NCBI GenBank assembly: GCA_963803805.1
Contig: CAWDOD010000004.1
Span: forward strand, 320,001 to 384,000
DNA length: 64,000 nt
DNA from: an uncultured cyanobacterium
GTDB lineage: Bacteria; Cyanobacteriota; Cyanobacteriia; Cyanobacteriales; CAWCAG01
Direction of reading: 5' to 3'
Made by a program: the position numbers and the translations under genes. This document shows, in pieces, positions 11,239 through 21,851 of this stretch. A model generated the notes under the pieces. The model was not told the DNA's origin, ran no database searches, and was given only the letters and a program-made list of their open reading frames with translations. Position 1 is the first letter of the stretch. Each line of letters starts with the position of its first letter.

Positions 11239-11375
11239 GACAACCCACAAAATAAATATGAAATCAAACTCTACCAACATCCTAACTGCATCAAAGATAC
11301 TAAACTCTCTGAGTAAGCAAAAATTTATGGAAGAGTGCAAATTGCTGACACTATCTCCTTATCTAGGATGAAAAC

Positions 11376-12254
11376 TCACTGTCCTCTCCTCTTTTTTGCT
11401 CCCCTAATCTGTCCCAATTGCTTAAACATCATCGCCAGGATTAGGCTAACACCGCCGAAAATGTAGAGTGATCTATTCCCAGTTCCCATACCGACAAATC
11501 TGACCACACCGAAAGCCATAAATGAGCTAATAATAATTGGGGAAATATCAAGGTACTGGCTATGTTCAGGCTTCGCCTTCTGGTTCAACCCTAAAGCCTC
11601 ATTTCTAATCACCTTCCTCGCTAACATAGGATTTCTCCCAGCCAAAGGTTGTAAAGCTGCTAGCTTCTCCCTACTCAAATCCAAACCTTGTTTAAAGGCT
11701 TCTTGTTTCATCACCTCCCGAATCTTCTTATCTGTGGGTAGGGATAGTTCAAACTCAATCAAATCCAGAAAAATATCTCGTCCTGGGTTAACCACCGCAA
11801 AACAGCAAATCATCACCCCAGCATCAAGTAAATCTTCTAGCCAGTAACGAACGCCAGTAGTCAAACGTTTCGCCTCTGGGAAAATCAACAGAGTTCCACC
11901 CCCACAGTTAATAGCAATCTCTTCTTTCAACGCATCCATCGTCAAAGACTTGGTTCTGCCGTTATCATCCTCAATTTCTGTAGGAATATCTAACTGTTCT
12001 GCGATCGCCTGAAAGAACTTCTTACCAGAGCCTTTATATACTGCCATCGCACAATCCATTTTCGGCTGGAAATGCTCATAAACAGCCTTAGCCAATTCTC
12101 GTTTACCAGTGCCAGCTTCCCCCAGTATCAAAACAGAATGGCCCGACTCAATTGCTTTGAGAATGTTCTCCTCATCCTCCGTTAATTCCCGCCTTGGTTC
12201 CTGTACTGGCTGAGTAAATTCTTGGCTATGGATTTCACCTTGGCGGGGTTGTTC
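11376..12254 (-). CDS. P-loop ATPase with two C-terminal TM helices; probably translated as the -1 frameshift extension of the upstream gene
   Basis: Walker A GEAGTGKR, atypical Walker B (LLIFPE), GRNPMLA, hydrophobic C-terminus. The frame is open upstream to ~12300 but has no ATG/GTG/TTG before the TTG at 12131, three codons before Walker A. Confidence 0.75.
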   Translation of the reverse strand, partial: EQPRQGEIHSQEFTQPVQEPRRELTEDEENILKAIESGHSVLILGEAGTGKRELAKAVYEHFQPKMDCAMAVYKGSGKKFFQAIAEQLDIPTEIEDDNGRTKSLTMDALKEEIAINCGGGTLLIFPEAKRLTTGVRYWLEDLLDAGVMICCFAVVNPGRDIFLDLIEFELSLPTDKKIREVMKQEAFKQGLDLSREKLAALQPLAGRNPMLARKVIRNEALGLNQKAKPEHSQYLDISPIIISSFMAFGVVRFVGMGTGNRSLYIFGGVSLILAMMFKQLGQIRGAKKRRGQ

Positions 12255-12769
12255 TTTGGGCGGGAAATCTCCCTCGCTAGATTTAACTTCTCCTTCAAAT
12301 CAGGAGGTAAATCCTCCTCACTCATCTCATTCGCGATCGCCCGCTTCACCAAATCAGCCATCGCCAACTCACTAGCCTTCAACTCCGCAGCTTCCCTCAT
12401 CAACTGCTCAAAGTTTGGATTAAAACTTTCCGTCTCTGGCTCCAAAGTTTCCAAATCATCATCTTCATCCGTCGTAATATCATGACCTCCTGACTTCACG
12501 ATTTCATTACTACCTTTATCAAGATTGCTATCACCTTCACCTTGGAAAATACTTTTATCAAAACCTTCCATCTTGCCAGTCTTTTTTATATGCTGGTCTA
12601 ACCCCTCCATCAAATCCACCTGCTCAGAAGATAGAAAGCTTGCTTTATTCTTTCTCTTCGGTTTTATCCCCAAGAAATTAATCCTGTCGTAGTAGGCATT
12701 GTTCCTAATACCAAACTTTTCTAGAATTTCGTTTTTGGTATACATCCTGGTTCCTGTAGTCTGAGTCAT
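12182..12769 (-). CDS. hypothetical protein with N-terminal HTH-like region and C-terminal helical region
   Basis: Good SD (AGGAGG) before the ATG. N-terminus YTKNEILEKFGIRNNAYYDRINFLGIKP resembles a small winged/MerR-like HTH (inference). Confidence 0.75.
   Translation of the reverse strand: MTQTTGTRMYTKNEILEKFGIRNNAYYDRINFLGIKPKRKNKASFLSSEQVDLMEGLDQHIKKTGKMEGFDKSIFQGEGDSNLDKGSNEIVKSGGHDITTDEDDDLETLEPETESFNPNFEQLMREAAELKASELAMADLVKRAIANEMSEEDLPPDLKEKLNLAREISRPKNNPAKVKSIAKNLLSQYRNQGGN
12188..12275 (-). promoter_or_regulatory. candidate -1 programmed ribosomal frameshift cassette
   Basis: SD-like GAGGGAG (12275-12269), 8-nt spacer, in-phase slippery C_CCA_AAG (12260-12254), 6-nt spacer, stem CCCGCC (12247-12242) / GGCGGG (12193-12188). 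Confidence 0.7.
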
Positions 12770-13103
12770 TTTTTTATTCCTCCTACATTACATATTATGT
12801 ATATAGCAAGAAAAAAAAATCTCGCCATAAATTTGGTGAGACTACCAAAATTTTGTAAAGTTCAGTTACAGCAGAATATTTGAGTTTGAGAAATTGAACC
12901 TTACGAATAGCAACGAAATTAATACTTAAAAGCTTGAGACGGGATTCTAGTAAGAGAAAAATAAATGGTTAATAAATGCTTTTTCTTCTTAATATTACTT
13001 AAGCTATTTTAGGGATTTGGTTTTAAGCTTGAGCTTTTACTTCTTGCTGACAAATTAGGGATAAATACTTTTTTACTAAGTTTTGGAAAGGTGAAAGAAT
13101 TAA

Positions 13104-13127
13104 GACTTCCCACCGTTGCAGGAAGTC
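13104..13127. terminator. hairpin downstream of the HTH gene
   Basis: GACTTCC-N10-GGAAGTC inverted repeat. Confidence 0.35.
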
Positions 13128-13161
13128 GCTATTTCAGTATCAAGTTATGAACTTATTAGGG

Positions 13162-13455
13162 TTACTCAGATAGTACTCCCCTCAAAGGTTCTGGTATCTC
13201 TTCGTAATGCTCTAGCAAGAAGTTAGCTAGGGCCAGGTGATATTTATCGTTAAAACTGGCAGAGCGATCGCTACGAAGGGAAAACCACTTACTCACTGTT
13301 GAATTTGCTTTCCGACAAATCAAAGCCACATCGTCATAAGTAACAGCCCATCTTGAATAGAACTCCTGGGGAGTCATTATCAAATTGCAGGAACTGTAGA
13401 GCAAAATGATTCTTCGCTCCCTGGAACCCAGAGAGCGCTGCTGTTTTTCTGTCAT
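13162..13455 (-). CDS. small HTH DNA-binding protein (cyanobacterial plasmid/island type)
   Basis: MTPQEFYSRWAVTYDDVALICRKANSTVSKWF HTH pattern; likely ATG at 13455. Confidence 0.75.
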   Translation of the reverse strand: MTEKQQRSLGSRERRIILLYSSCNLIMTPQEFYSRWAVTYDDVALICRKANSTVSKWFSLRSDRSASFNDKYHLALANFLLEHYEEIPEPLRGVLSE

Positions 13456-13480
13456 AATCTTAATTAACCTCAAGTGGGTT

Positions 13481-13520
13481 GCCCGTGCAGTTTGGTTGTC
13501 AGCCCCTGCACGGGCTTTTT
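13481..13520. promoter_or_regulatory. 10-bp GC-rich hairpin in the leader of the HTH gene (terminator-like on + strand)
   Basis: GCCCGTGCAG (13481-13490) / CTGCACGGGC (13506-13515), 15-nt loop, T5 at 13516-13520. Confidence 0.55.
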
Positions 13521-13654
13521 AATGTCTTGAAGATAACATAAATACGCTTTTAAAGAAATACGCTTATTTGCAAGTGCAGAAATACTGTAATCTTTAAATA
13601 AGTTTAATTGTAAACACGATGATTATTGCGGTACAAAATCAAAAGGGATGAGTT

Positions 13655-13873
13655 ATGGGAGGGCTGTTAATGGCCAATGAAAAAGCCGAAGTCGAAGCTA
13701 AATCCACTGCTAAGTCAGATGGAGAAGAAAAAAAGCCCAAGGGAAAGATGAAGCGTTTAACTTTGGATATTCCAGAATCTTTGCACCGGGCTATCAAGAT
13801 GAAGTCGGTGGAGGAGGGAGTTCCTATGACAGATATCCTGCGGGGGTTGTTGCAGGAGCATTTTGCTGATTAG
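13655..13873 (+). CDS. ribbon-helix-helix (ParG/CopG-like) protein
   Basis: MKRLTLDIPESLHRAIKMKSVEEGVPMTDILRGLL is a classic RHH pattern. Confidence 0.8.
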   Translation: MGGLLMANEKAEVEAKSTAKSDGEEKKPKGKMKRLTLDIPESLHRAIKMKSVEEGVPMTDILRGLLQEHFAD

Positions 13874-13890
13874 GTGAGGAACTACAAATT

Positions 13891-14429
13891 ATGGATGTCA
13901 TCAGGGCGAGAAGAAAAACCGTTTCCTTCTTTGAAGGGTTAGAGGTAGATGGTTATCAACTACCTAACGGCGAATTCAGGGTCGGTATCATTGGGGCCAG
14001 CACAGTACTTGGTTATGGTAAAAACTGGCTCTCTCGGGCCATAGAAAGGGTGGTAACACAAAAAAAGCTTTGCTAGGTCTAGGTTTCAGCGAAAATCTCC
14101 AAAAAGTGGTAACTGAAACTCTGCGAGGAGACAGGGAGGCTAGAACCCTGGGTTTAAGGGATTTTAATCGTCTTATTGCCTACGCTGTCTCTGACGGTAA
14201 AAAAGCGGCTCTAGCTTTGCAACTAGCTCTAACAGAGGTGGCCCTCAATGACTTTTTTCGGGATGCTTTTGAGGAGCCACCTTTAAGTGTTGTCCAAAAA
14301 CGCCAACTATTCTACGAAGCCTATGCTGCTAGTATTTCTCCAGAGGATTGGCGAAGAATGGATAGAGAAGAGATTTTAAGGTTAGCTTTGGCTGGGGATG
14401 AGCCGCAGTTAGAGGATTGGAACAAGTAA
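13891..14429 (+). pseudogene. phage/plasmid-type putative DNA-binding protein (P63C/antirepressor-like), split by a -1 frame change at ~14050-14067
   Basis: FFEGLEVDGYQLPNGEFRVGI N-terminus; the two ORFs join as ...RAIER-GGNTKKALLGLGFSE if one G is added at 14048-14050. Confidence 0.55.
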
Positions 14430-14506
14430 AGCTCCCAAAAAAACTACTTTCTAGAATCGCATTTCTATAGACTAATAAGCGAAGGTGTTAACGAGCTTCG
14501 TTTTAT

Positions 14507-14761
14507 TTAAACATCGCTAAACTTCTTGATCATCGCTTTTGCCCTACGACGATTAGCAATATAGCGCCTATTTTGCAATCGCTGTTGAGCTAAAGTATTA
14601 ACTTTTGCGAGAGCTTCAGGATTGTCCTTGAGATACAAAAGCGCAGCTTCAAACTTTTGACTGCGATCGCCCAAACCATTTATCCCTAAAAGGAACGATA
14701 CCAAGAATTTTTCCCGTAAATGCTCCTAGAGTAGCTAAATTATTAGCTAGTTCTAAAGTAC
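14507..14761 (-). pseudogene. 3' fragment of an unidentified gene, cut off by the ISKra4-type end at 14762
   Basis: Two short overlapping frames with protein-like sequence, no start before the IS terminal repeat. Confidence 0.35.
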
Positions 14762-15272
14762 GGGAGCATCTCATATTTGTAAAAATATCATCAAGAAAAG
14801 AAGTTATTGAGATAAGCGCAGCGCAAAGAAAGAATACGAGGAACATTATCAATTCTCCACTGTGAACCTGATATTTTAACTCGCATTCCTATTTGTTTAA
14901 TTCCTGATTCTATTGCTCCTGAACCAATAGAACTTATTTGTTCTGTTTGGTAGTAAGTCATAGTTAATGATTCGCTGACGATGAGTTTCTAAATACTTGC
15001 AAAAGTTAATAGCTTTTTTCTTGGTCAAACTTTTAAATAAATCTCTGGTTTCCGATACTTTTCCTAACCAGAGTAGCTCAGTTGCTTCTTTTAGACGTTT
15101 TAAAGAACCTCCTACTTGATAAAGGTTTTCTTTGAGATGATACCAATCTAATATTTCCCTTCTGTTTTGGATATTCCCCATCTCTTCAAACAAGTTCCAA
15201 ATCCCCGGATGACCATCTCCTGTACAGAAAAAGGGGGTGAGCAATTTTTGGCTATTTACCCAGTCTATTAAA
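14762..15272 (-). mobile_element. ISKra4-family transposase 3' remnant with intact terminal repeat
   Basis: GDGHPGIWNLF, REILDWYHLKENL and, after a frameshift, IGSGAIESGIKQIG...LRCAYLN; terminal GGGAGCATCTCA at 14762-14773. Confidence 0.85.
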
Positions 15273-15740
15273 GATTTGTATAGTTTAGGCTTAACAATGG
15301 TGTTTTTGTTAACAGGAAAGATTCCCCAAGAATTAGCAATTGATCCTATAACAGGAAAGTTACTTTGGCACAATCATGTTAAACATATTGATCCCAAGTT
15401 GATAGCTATTATAAATCGGGCTATTGAAACCAACTTCTACCATCGCTACAGTGGCGCTCAAGAAATGTTAAATGCTTTCGGGACTATTACTCAAAATACA
15501 CCTACTATTAACTTTCCTCAACCAAGAGTAGCTGATTCTCTTATTGTAGAAAAGCCATCGTTAGTTGATGAGCAAGAGTATAATTCCACTAATACAATCA
15601 CAAAAAAATGGCATAAAGCTGTAATTGTTGCTAGCATAGTCAGTTCATTTTCAGCCTTTCTTTGGTATTTAAGCTATACTTATTTTCCTTCCCAACAACC
15701 AACTGAAACTCAATCTCTTTTAATACCAGATTCTGTTTAG
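15273..15740 (+). pseudogene. C-terminal fragment of a Ser/Thr protein kinase with TM helix
   Basis: DLYSLGLTMVFLLTGKIP (kinase subdomain IX), RYSGAQEML (subdomain XI), downstream TM; N-terminal lobe absent, fragment abuts the IS remnant. Confidence 0.8.
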
Positions 15741-15825
15741 CAGCACAGGTCATCGGTTAGGATAGTTAGCAGGGAAGAGAAAAGAGTTACAGTTTACCTA
15801 ATTAGCTCAAAAAGCAACTATCATT

Positions 15826-16755
15826 TTATAAAACTTGAGCTTTTAACCAAGCACTAGGCAAGTAAAACAGTTTTTTCTGGGTAGGGACAAATGCTCTTTG
15901 GTTAAAAACATCGTAATCATTTTCTTCGATAACATCAAGAATACCTTGATAAAGCATTAAAGCAGCCCAAACAGGCCATCGGGAATCAGAATTAAGGTAA
16001 CTAATTCCTCTTTCTGCGTCAGCGTAATATTTTCTAGCCCTTTGGATTTGAAAGCGCATCAACTTTCGCCAGCGACTATCCACTACACCATTAAATAAGT
16101 CTTCTTCTGTGTAGTTAAATAGAGCTAATTCATCCAAAGGTAAATAAATGCGCTCTCGTTGAGCATCTTCACCAACATCTCGGAGAATATTGGTAAGTTG
16201 ATTAGCAATGCCAAGGGCGATCGCTTCTTCTTGGGGAATATAAGGTTCTATTAAACGATTCCAAGGAGCCGTATTTTGTCCTTCATCAATGCCTAAAACT
16301 GCACTAGACATTAAACCTACTGTCCCAGCAACCCGATAGCAATATAGTTTTAATTCCTCAAAGTTTTCGTAGCGACTACGATAGAGATCCATACGTTGTC
16401 CAGCAATCATATCTCGGAAAGGCTGAATATCGATGGGGAAGCGCTGTAGAGTATCGACTAAAGCAACATCAGGGTCTTCTAAAGGTTGCCCCGCAAATAC
16501 CGATTCAAGTTGTTGCTCCCAAAGTTCTAAAGTTTCTGGAGTCGTGAAACGAGATTCTGGCCCATCTACTAATTCATCGGTACGTCGACACCAAACGTAT
16601 ATGGCCCAAATAGCTCGGCGTTTTTCCGGAGGCATGAGAAGAGTCCCCAAGTAGAACGTCTTAGAGTATTTTGCCGTAATCTGACGACAATATTCGTAAG
16701 CCTCCGAGCGGGAGACTAGGGATCTCTTTGGTTGAGGTTTAGTCAATTGCAGCAT
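15826..16755 (-). CDS. crtB: phytoene synthase
   Basis: [41 protein letters not shown] motifs; downstream of crtP. Confidence 0.97.
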   Translation of the reverse strand: MLQLTKPQPKRSLVSRSEAYEYCRQITAKYSKTFYLGTLLMPPEKRRAIWAIYVWCRRTDELVDGPESRFTTPETLELWEQQLESVFAGQPLEDPDVALVDTLQRFPIDIQPFRDMIAGQRMDLYRSRYENFEELKLYCYRVAGTVGLMSSAVLGIDEGQNTAPWNRLIEPYIPQEEAIALGIANQLTNILRDVGEDAQRERIYLPLDELALFNYTEEDLFNGVVDSRWRKLMRFQIQRARKYYADAERGISYLNSDSRWPVWAALMLYQGILDVIEENDYDVFNQRAFVPTQKKLFYLPSAWLKAQVL

Positions 16756-16856
16756 TCATCGCAGGCCAAGATTAGAGCAGTTCGGGACATTTCGTTAGTG
16801 ATTAACCATTAGAATTGTCCCATTGGATTAGCAAATCTGGAAACTAAATAAGTCTT

Positions 16857-18302
<1,446 letters not shown>

Positions 18303-18693
18303 CTATAAATACTGTTATTAACTGTTGTGTGTTGATATGTAAAATTAATTATACTTTGCAATCTGTTACATTTCACAAAAAATAGCCCCAGGGCGACCTA
18401 ATTTAAACTCTAGTTGCTCAAAATATTGGAGAAATGTTTACTACGATCCAGATAATACTTTACCTCACAAACCCCCTGACGGTTTTGCGGCGGTGGGAGT
18501 AACTAAATTTTATGACGGTGAAGATTTACTCTTAAGGGTATGTAATACCAAAACCGGTTTAGTTGCACAGGTTATTTGTGGGGGTAGAAAGAATTAATTA
18601 GGTATCGATCCTGATGACTTAAGATCAACGAGAATTATTGGCTTACTTTGTAATTCATCAACTGCGATCACAGCTAACTAGACAAAACCAACT

Positions 18694-20331
18694 ATGAAAC
18701 AAAACTTCTGCCGCTTTTTCCCTATTGCTAAATATCTCAGTCTCTTTTTCCTCTGCTTTTCTTTAATTGTTGCTTGTAATAATCAACCCCAAAATTCTTC
18801 TAGTTCAACTCCTGCTAGTAGTGAAGGTGGCAGAATTACCGTGGGTACAACTTTGAAACCTCGTACCCTTGATCCTGCTGATAGCTACGAACTAGCGGGG
18901 ACGAATGTTATTTATAATTTGAGTGATACTCTTTACGCTTATAAGCCGGAGACGACGGAATTAGAACCTCAGTTAGCTGCCCAGATGCCAGAAATAAGTG
19001 AAGATGGCTTAACTTATATTATTCCGGTGCAAGAAGGGGTTACTTTCCATGATGGTACTCCTTTTAATGCTGAAGCCATGGCTTTTTCCTTACAACGCTT
19101 TTTAGAGAATGGTGGTAAACCATCTTTCCTACTTTCAGATACCGTGGAGTCGGTAGAAGCCACAGGAGACTACGAACTTACTATCAAACTCACAAAACCT
19201 TTTTCTGCTTTCCCCGCTTTGTTAGCCTATCCTGGCACTTGTGCTGTTTCCCCAAAAGCTTATGAAATTGGTGCAGGTAAATTTCAACCCAATAATTTCG
19301 TAGGGACTGGCCCCTATAAATTAGCTGAATTTAGTAGCGATTCGATTCGTTTTGATGTTTTTGAGGATTATTGGGGAGAAAAGCCTGCTAATGAAGGGGC
19401 AGATATGCAGGTTTATGCTAGTAATTCTGCTAACTTGTTTAATAGTTTTCGTACTGGGGAAGTTGATGTTGCCTATCAATCCCTCGATCCTGACCAAATT
19501 AAAAGCTTGCAAGAACAAGGTGAAAAGGGTGATTTCCAAGTTTTTGAAGCATCGGGTACTGCGGTTAGTTATATGGTGTTGAACCTGAAGCAAGAACCCT
19601 TAGATAAGTTGGAAGTACGCCAGGCGATCGCAGCGATGTTAGATCGTTCTATATTTAATCAAAGAATTTTGCAAGGTCAAGGAGAAGCTATTTATAGTTT
19701 AATTCCTACTGCTTTTGATGCCTACAAGCCTACTTTTGAAGAAGCTTATGGTGAGGGAAACTACGATCAAGCTAAAGAGTTATTAGAAAAAGCCGGTTAT
19801 TCTCCTCAAAAACCTGCCACAGTCCAACTCTGGTATCCTTCTGGTTCAAATATCCGTGAAGCAGTGGCTTCGACTTTAAGGGCATTAGCAGAAAGAGAGT
19901 TAGATGGGGCTTTGATTTTTGAAACTAAAAGTGTAGAATCTGCCACTGCTTTTAGTAATTTACCTAAAGGGATTTATCCCAGCTTTTTGGTGGATTGGTA
20001 TCCTGACTTTTTGGATGCTGATAATTATATTCAACCTTTTTTAGACTGTACCAAAGGTTCAGCAAGCAAAGGTTGTGAAGAAGGGGCAGCACAGAATCAA
20101 GGTTCTTTCTTTTATAGTGATCGTGTTAATGAATTAATTGATCAACAACGCCAAGAACAAGATACGACTAAGCGTGAGGCTATCTTTGCAGAAATTCAAG
20201 AAATTTTAGCCCAACAAGTTCCTTATCTTCCTTTATGGCAAAGTAAGGATTATGCTTTTGCCCAAAACGGAGTTGAAGGGGTAACAATGAATCCGAGTCA
20301 GAATTTTCCTCTTTGGACAATTAGTAAGTAA
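18694..20331 (+). CDS. peptide/nickel ABC transporter substrate-binding lipoprotein (family 5)
   Basis: Lipobox IVAC, TLDPAD, FHDGTPFNAEA, GTGPYKL. Confidence 0.92.
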   Translation: MKQNFCRFFPIAKYLSLFFLCFSLIVACNNQPQNSSSSTPASSEGGRITVGTTLKPRTLDPADSYELAGTNVIYNLSDTLYAYKPETTELEPQLAAQMPEISEDGLTYIIPVQEGVTFHDGTPFNAEAMAFSLQRFLENGGKPSFLLSDTVESVEATGDYELTIKLTKPFSAFPALLAYPGTCAVSPKAYEIGAGKFQPNNFVGTGPYKLAEFSSDSIRFDVFEDYWGEKPANEGADMQVYASNSANLFNSFRTGEVDVAYQSLDPDQIKSLQEQGEKGDFQVFEASGTAVSYMVLNLKQEPLDKLEVRQAIAAMLDRSIFNQRILQGQGEAIYSLIPTAFDAYKPTFEEAYGEGNYDQAKELLEKAGYSPQKPATVQLWYPSGSNIREAVASTLRALAERELDGALIFETKSVESATAFSNLPKGIYPSFLVDWYPDFLDADNYIQPFLDCTKGSASKGCEEGAAQNQGSFFYSDRVNELIDQQRQEQDTTKREAIFAEIQEILAQQVPYLPLWQSKDYAFAQNGVEGVTMNPSQNFPLWTISK

Positions 20332-20371
20332 ATACAGAATTAATCTTTCCCTATTACTAAAGAAGGGACTA

Positions 20372-20615
20372 GGGCGTGTTTTCAAACTATAACCATAGCA
20401 AAATACAAGCGATAGTAATCATCGCAGCATAATTCTCAGCAAGTTTCTCGTATCGGGTAGCAAAACGTCTCCATTGCTTGAGTTCGAGGTTTTTGGGGTG
20501 GGAGTAGCGGTTTTAACTTATCCCACTGTTCGTTTGTTAGGCCTCCTCTGTTCATCACTTTTCTCTGCTTGCCGTTACCTGTTTTCTAGGATACAACGAG
20601 TTTGAAAACACGCCC
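20372..20615 (-). mobile_element. internally deleted IS5-family element (MITE-like) with intact terminal inverted repeats
   Basis: GGGCGTGTTTTCAAACT ... AGTTTGAAAACACGCCC flanked by TA. Interior joins transposase N-terminus MNRGGLTNEQWDKLKPLLPPQKPR to C-terminus LKQWRRFATRYEKLAENYAAMITIACILLWL. Confidence 0.88.
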
Positions 20616-20707
20616 TAGTCCCCCAATTAAACCTAAAACTACCCACAGATGAACTAAAAGAAGGATTGACTAATTGGGCAAAGTAAGAGCTAAAATATCT
20701 GGGAAGA

Positions 20708-21313
20708 TTAGAGCAACTTTTGCAGAGATTCAAACCAAGGAAAATGTAAGTGACCAACTGTCAAGAAATCGATCATAATGTGCATAGCAACTATAGCCAA
20801 AACGGCTTGATATCTCCACAATAACCACATCCAAAACAGAGACATAAAAGGCAGAATAAATACCATAGGAATAAAAGGTTCGTGGTCAGGAAGAACTTGA
20901 AACCAAAACAGAGGATGAATCAATCCAGAATAAATGAAATAGCCAAGATAGCCTAAAATAAAAATGAAAATGGAATGCTTAGGAAATTTTAATTGTGCTA
21001 AATAACAACCTAGCAAAAACCAAAATATGAACATGAATTGTTCCAAAATACCATTAAGCAAAGAAAACGAAATCAACTCCGGTAGTTCATAAGGGCCTGT
21101 TTCTTTTTTGATGGTAAATAAAATATAAATAGCCGAGGCTAAAAGAGTAAATAGCCAGGCGAGAATTAGAGAAATTATATAGTTTTTCTGGTGGTGGGAT
21201 GAATCTGAATCAGGACTAAGTAATCCGTAAGCAAACTTTCTCTTTGAAATAACAATAAAGGCTGCGATCGCACAAAATAGCCAATAAATCCAAAGACTTG
21301 TCTCAATAGCCAT
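20708..21313 (-). CDS. integral membrane protein, CPBP/CAAX-protease-like
   Basis: Multiple TM helices, NGILEQ motif and C-terminal His residues (AMHIMIDF); likely start MAIETS right after the upstream stop. Confidence 0.6.
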   Translation of the reverse strand: MAIETSLWIYWLFCAIAAFIVISKRKFAYGLLSPDSDSSHHQKNYIISLILAWLFTLLASAIYILFTIKKETGPYELPELISFSLLNGILEQFMFIFWFLLGCYLAQLKFPKHSIFIFILGYLGYFIYSGLIHPLFWFQVLPDHEPFIPMVFILPFMSLFWMWLLWRYQAVLAIVAMHIMIDFLTVGHLHFPWFESLQKLL

Positions 21314-21317
21314 AAAC

Positions 21318-21851
21318 TTAATTAACCTCCCTATCCAGGCATTTTTTACGAAGCTTACGATAAGCAACAGATAAAGCATCACCTGCCACATTTAACTCGG
21401 CTGTTATATCATCAGGAACTATTTGCGGTATTTGACTTTCTACTATCGGCTTATCTTGTTGAATAGTCTGCCTAATTAACTTACGGAATAAACCATTTGC
21501 CCAAGGATGAGTGAGAAAATTGCGAAACTGGATAATTTTAAAAATTGTTGTATGCTCATTGACAGGAACAAAGACAAAGAATTGACGCAATTGAAACTTA
21601 AAATCTATGGCATGGAACGCTAAATTAGGTAAATGAAAACCTAATTTAGTCTGAATTTCTTGAAATTCTTGACTATAAATATATTTCCAGAAAAAACCTT
21701 TTGGTAGAGGTTGTTTAGCAACTAGAGAACTACTTCCACCCCAGTCTTCTAAAATAACCTCATCCTTAGCAAGAAGATAGGGTTCTTTTACCATACCACT
21801 ACCGAATAAATTCTGATGCACAAAGGCTGAATGAACCGAATCTATTAAGTT
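21318..21851 (-). pseudogene. C-terminal catalytic domain of a Rieske non-heme iron oxygenase (VanA-like), N-terminal Rieske domain missing
   Basis: NLIDSVHSAFVH iron-binding motif, QDKPIVESQ, DALSVAYRK; no CxH...CxxH. Confidence 0.8.

Noticed and set aside
12855-12870. GTA-N9-TAC as an NtcA site
   Set aside because: Spacing is 9 rather than the canonical 8
14649-14852. 67-aa ORF as a real gene
   Set aside because: It is an out-of-frame read across the transposase tail and IS end into a neighbouring fragment
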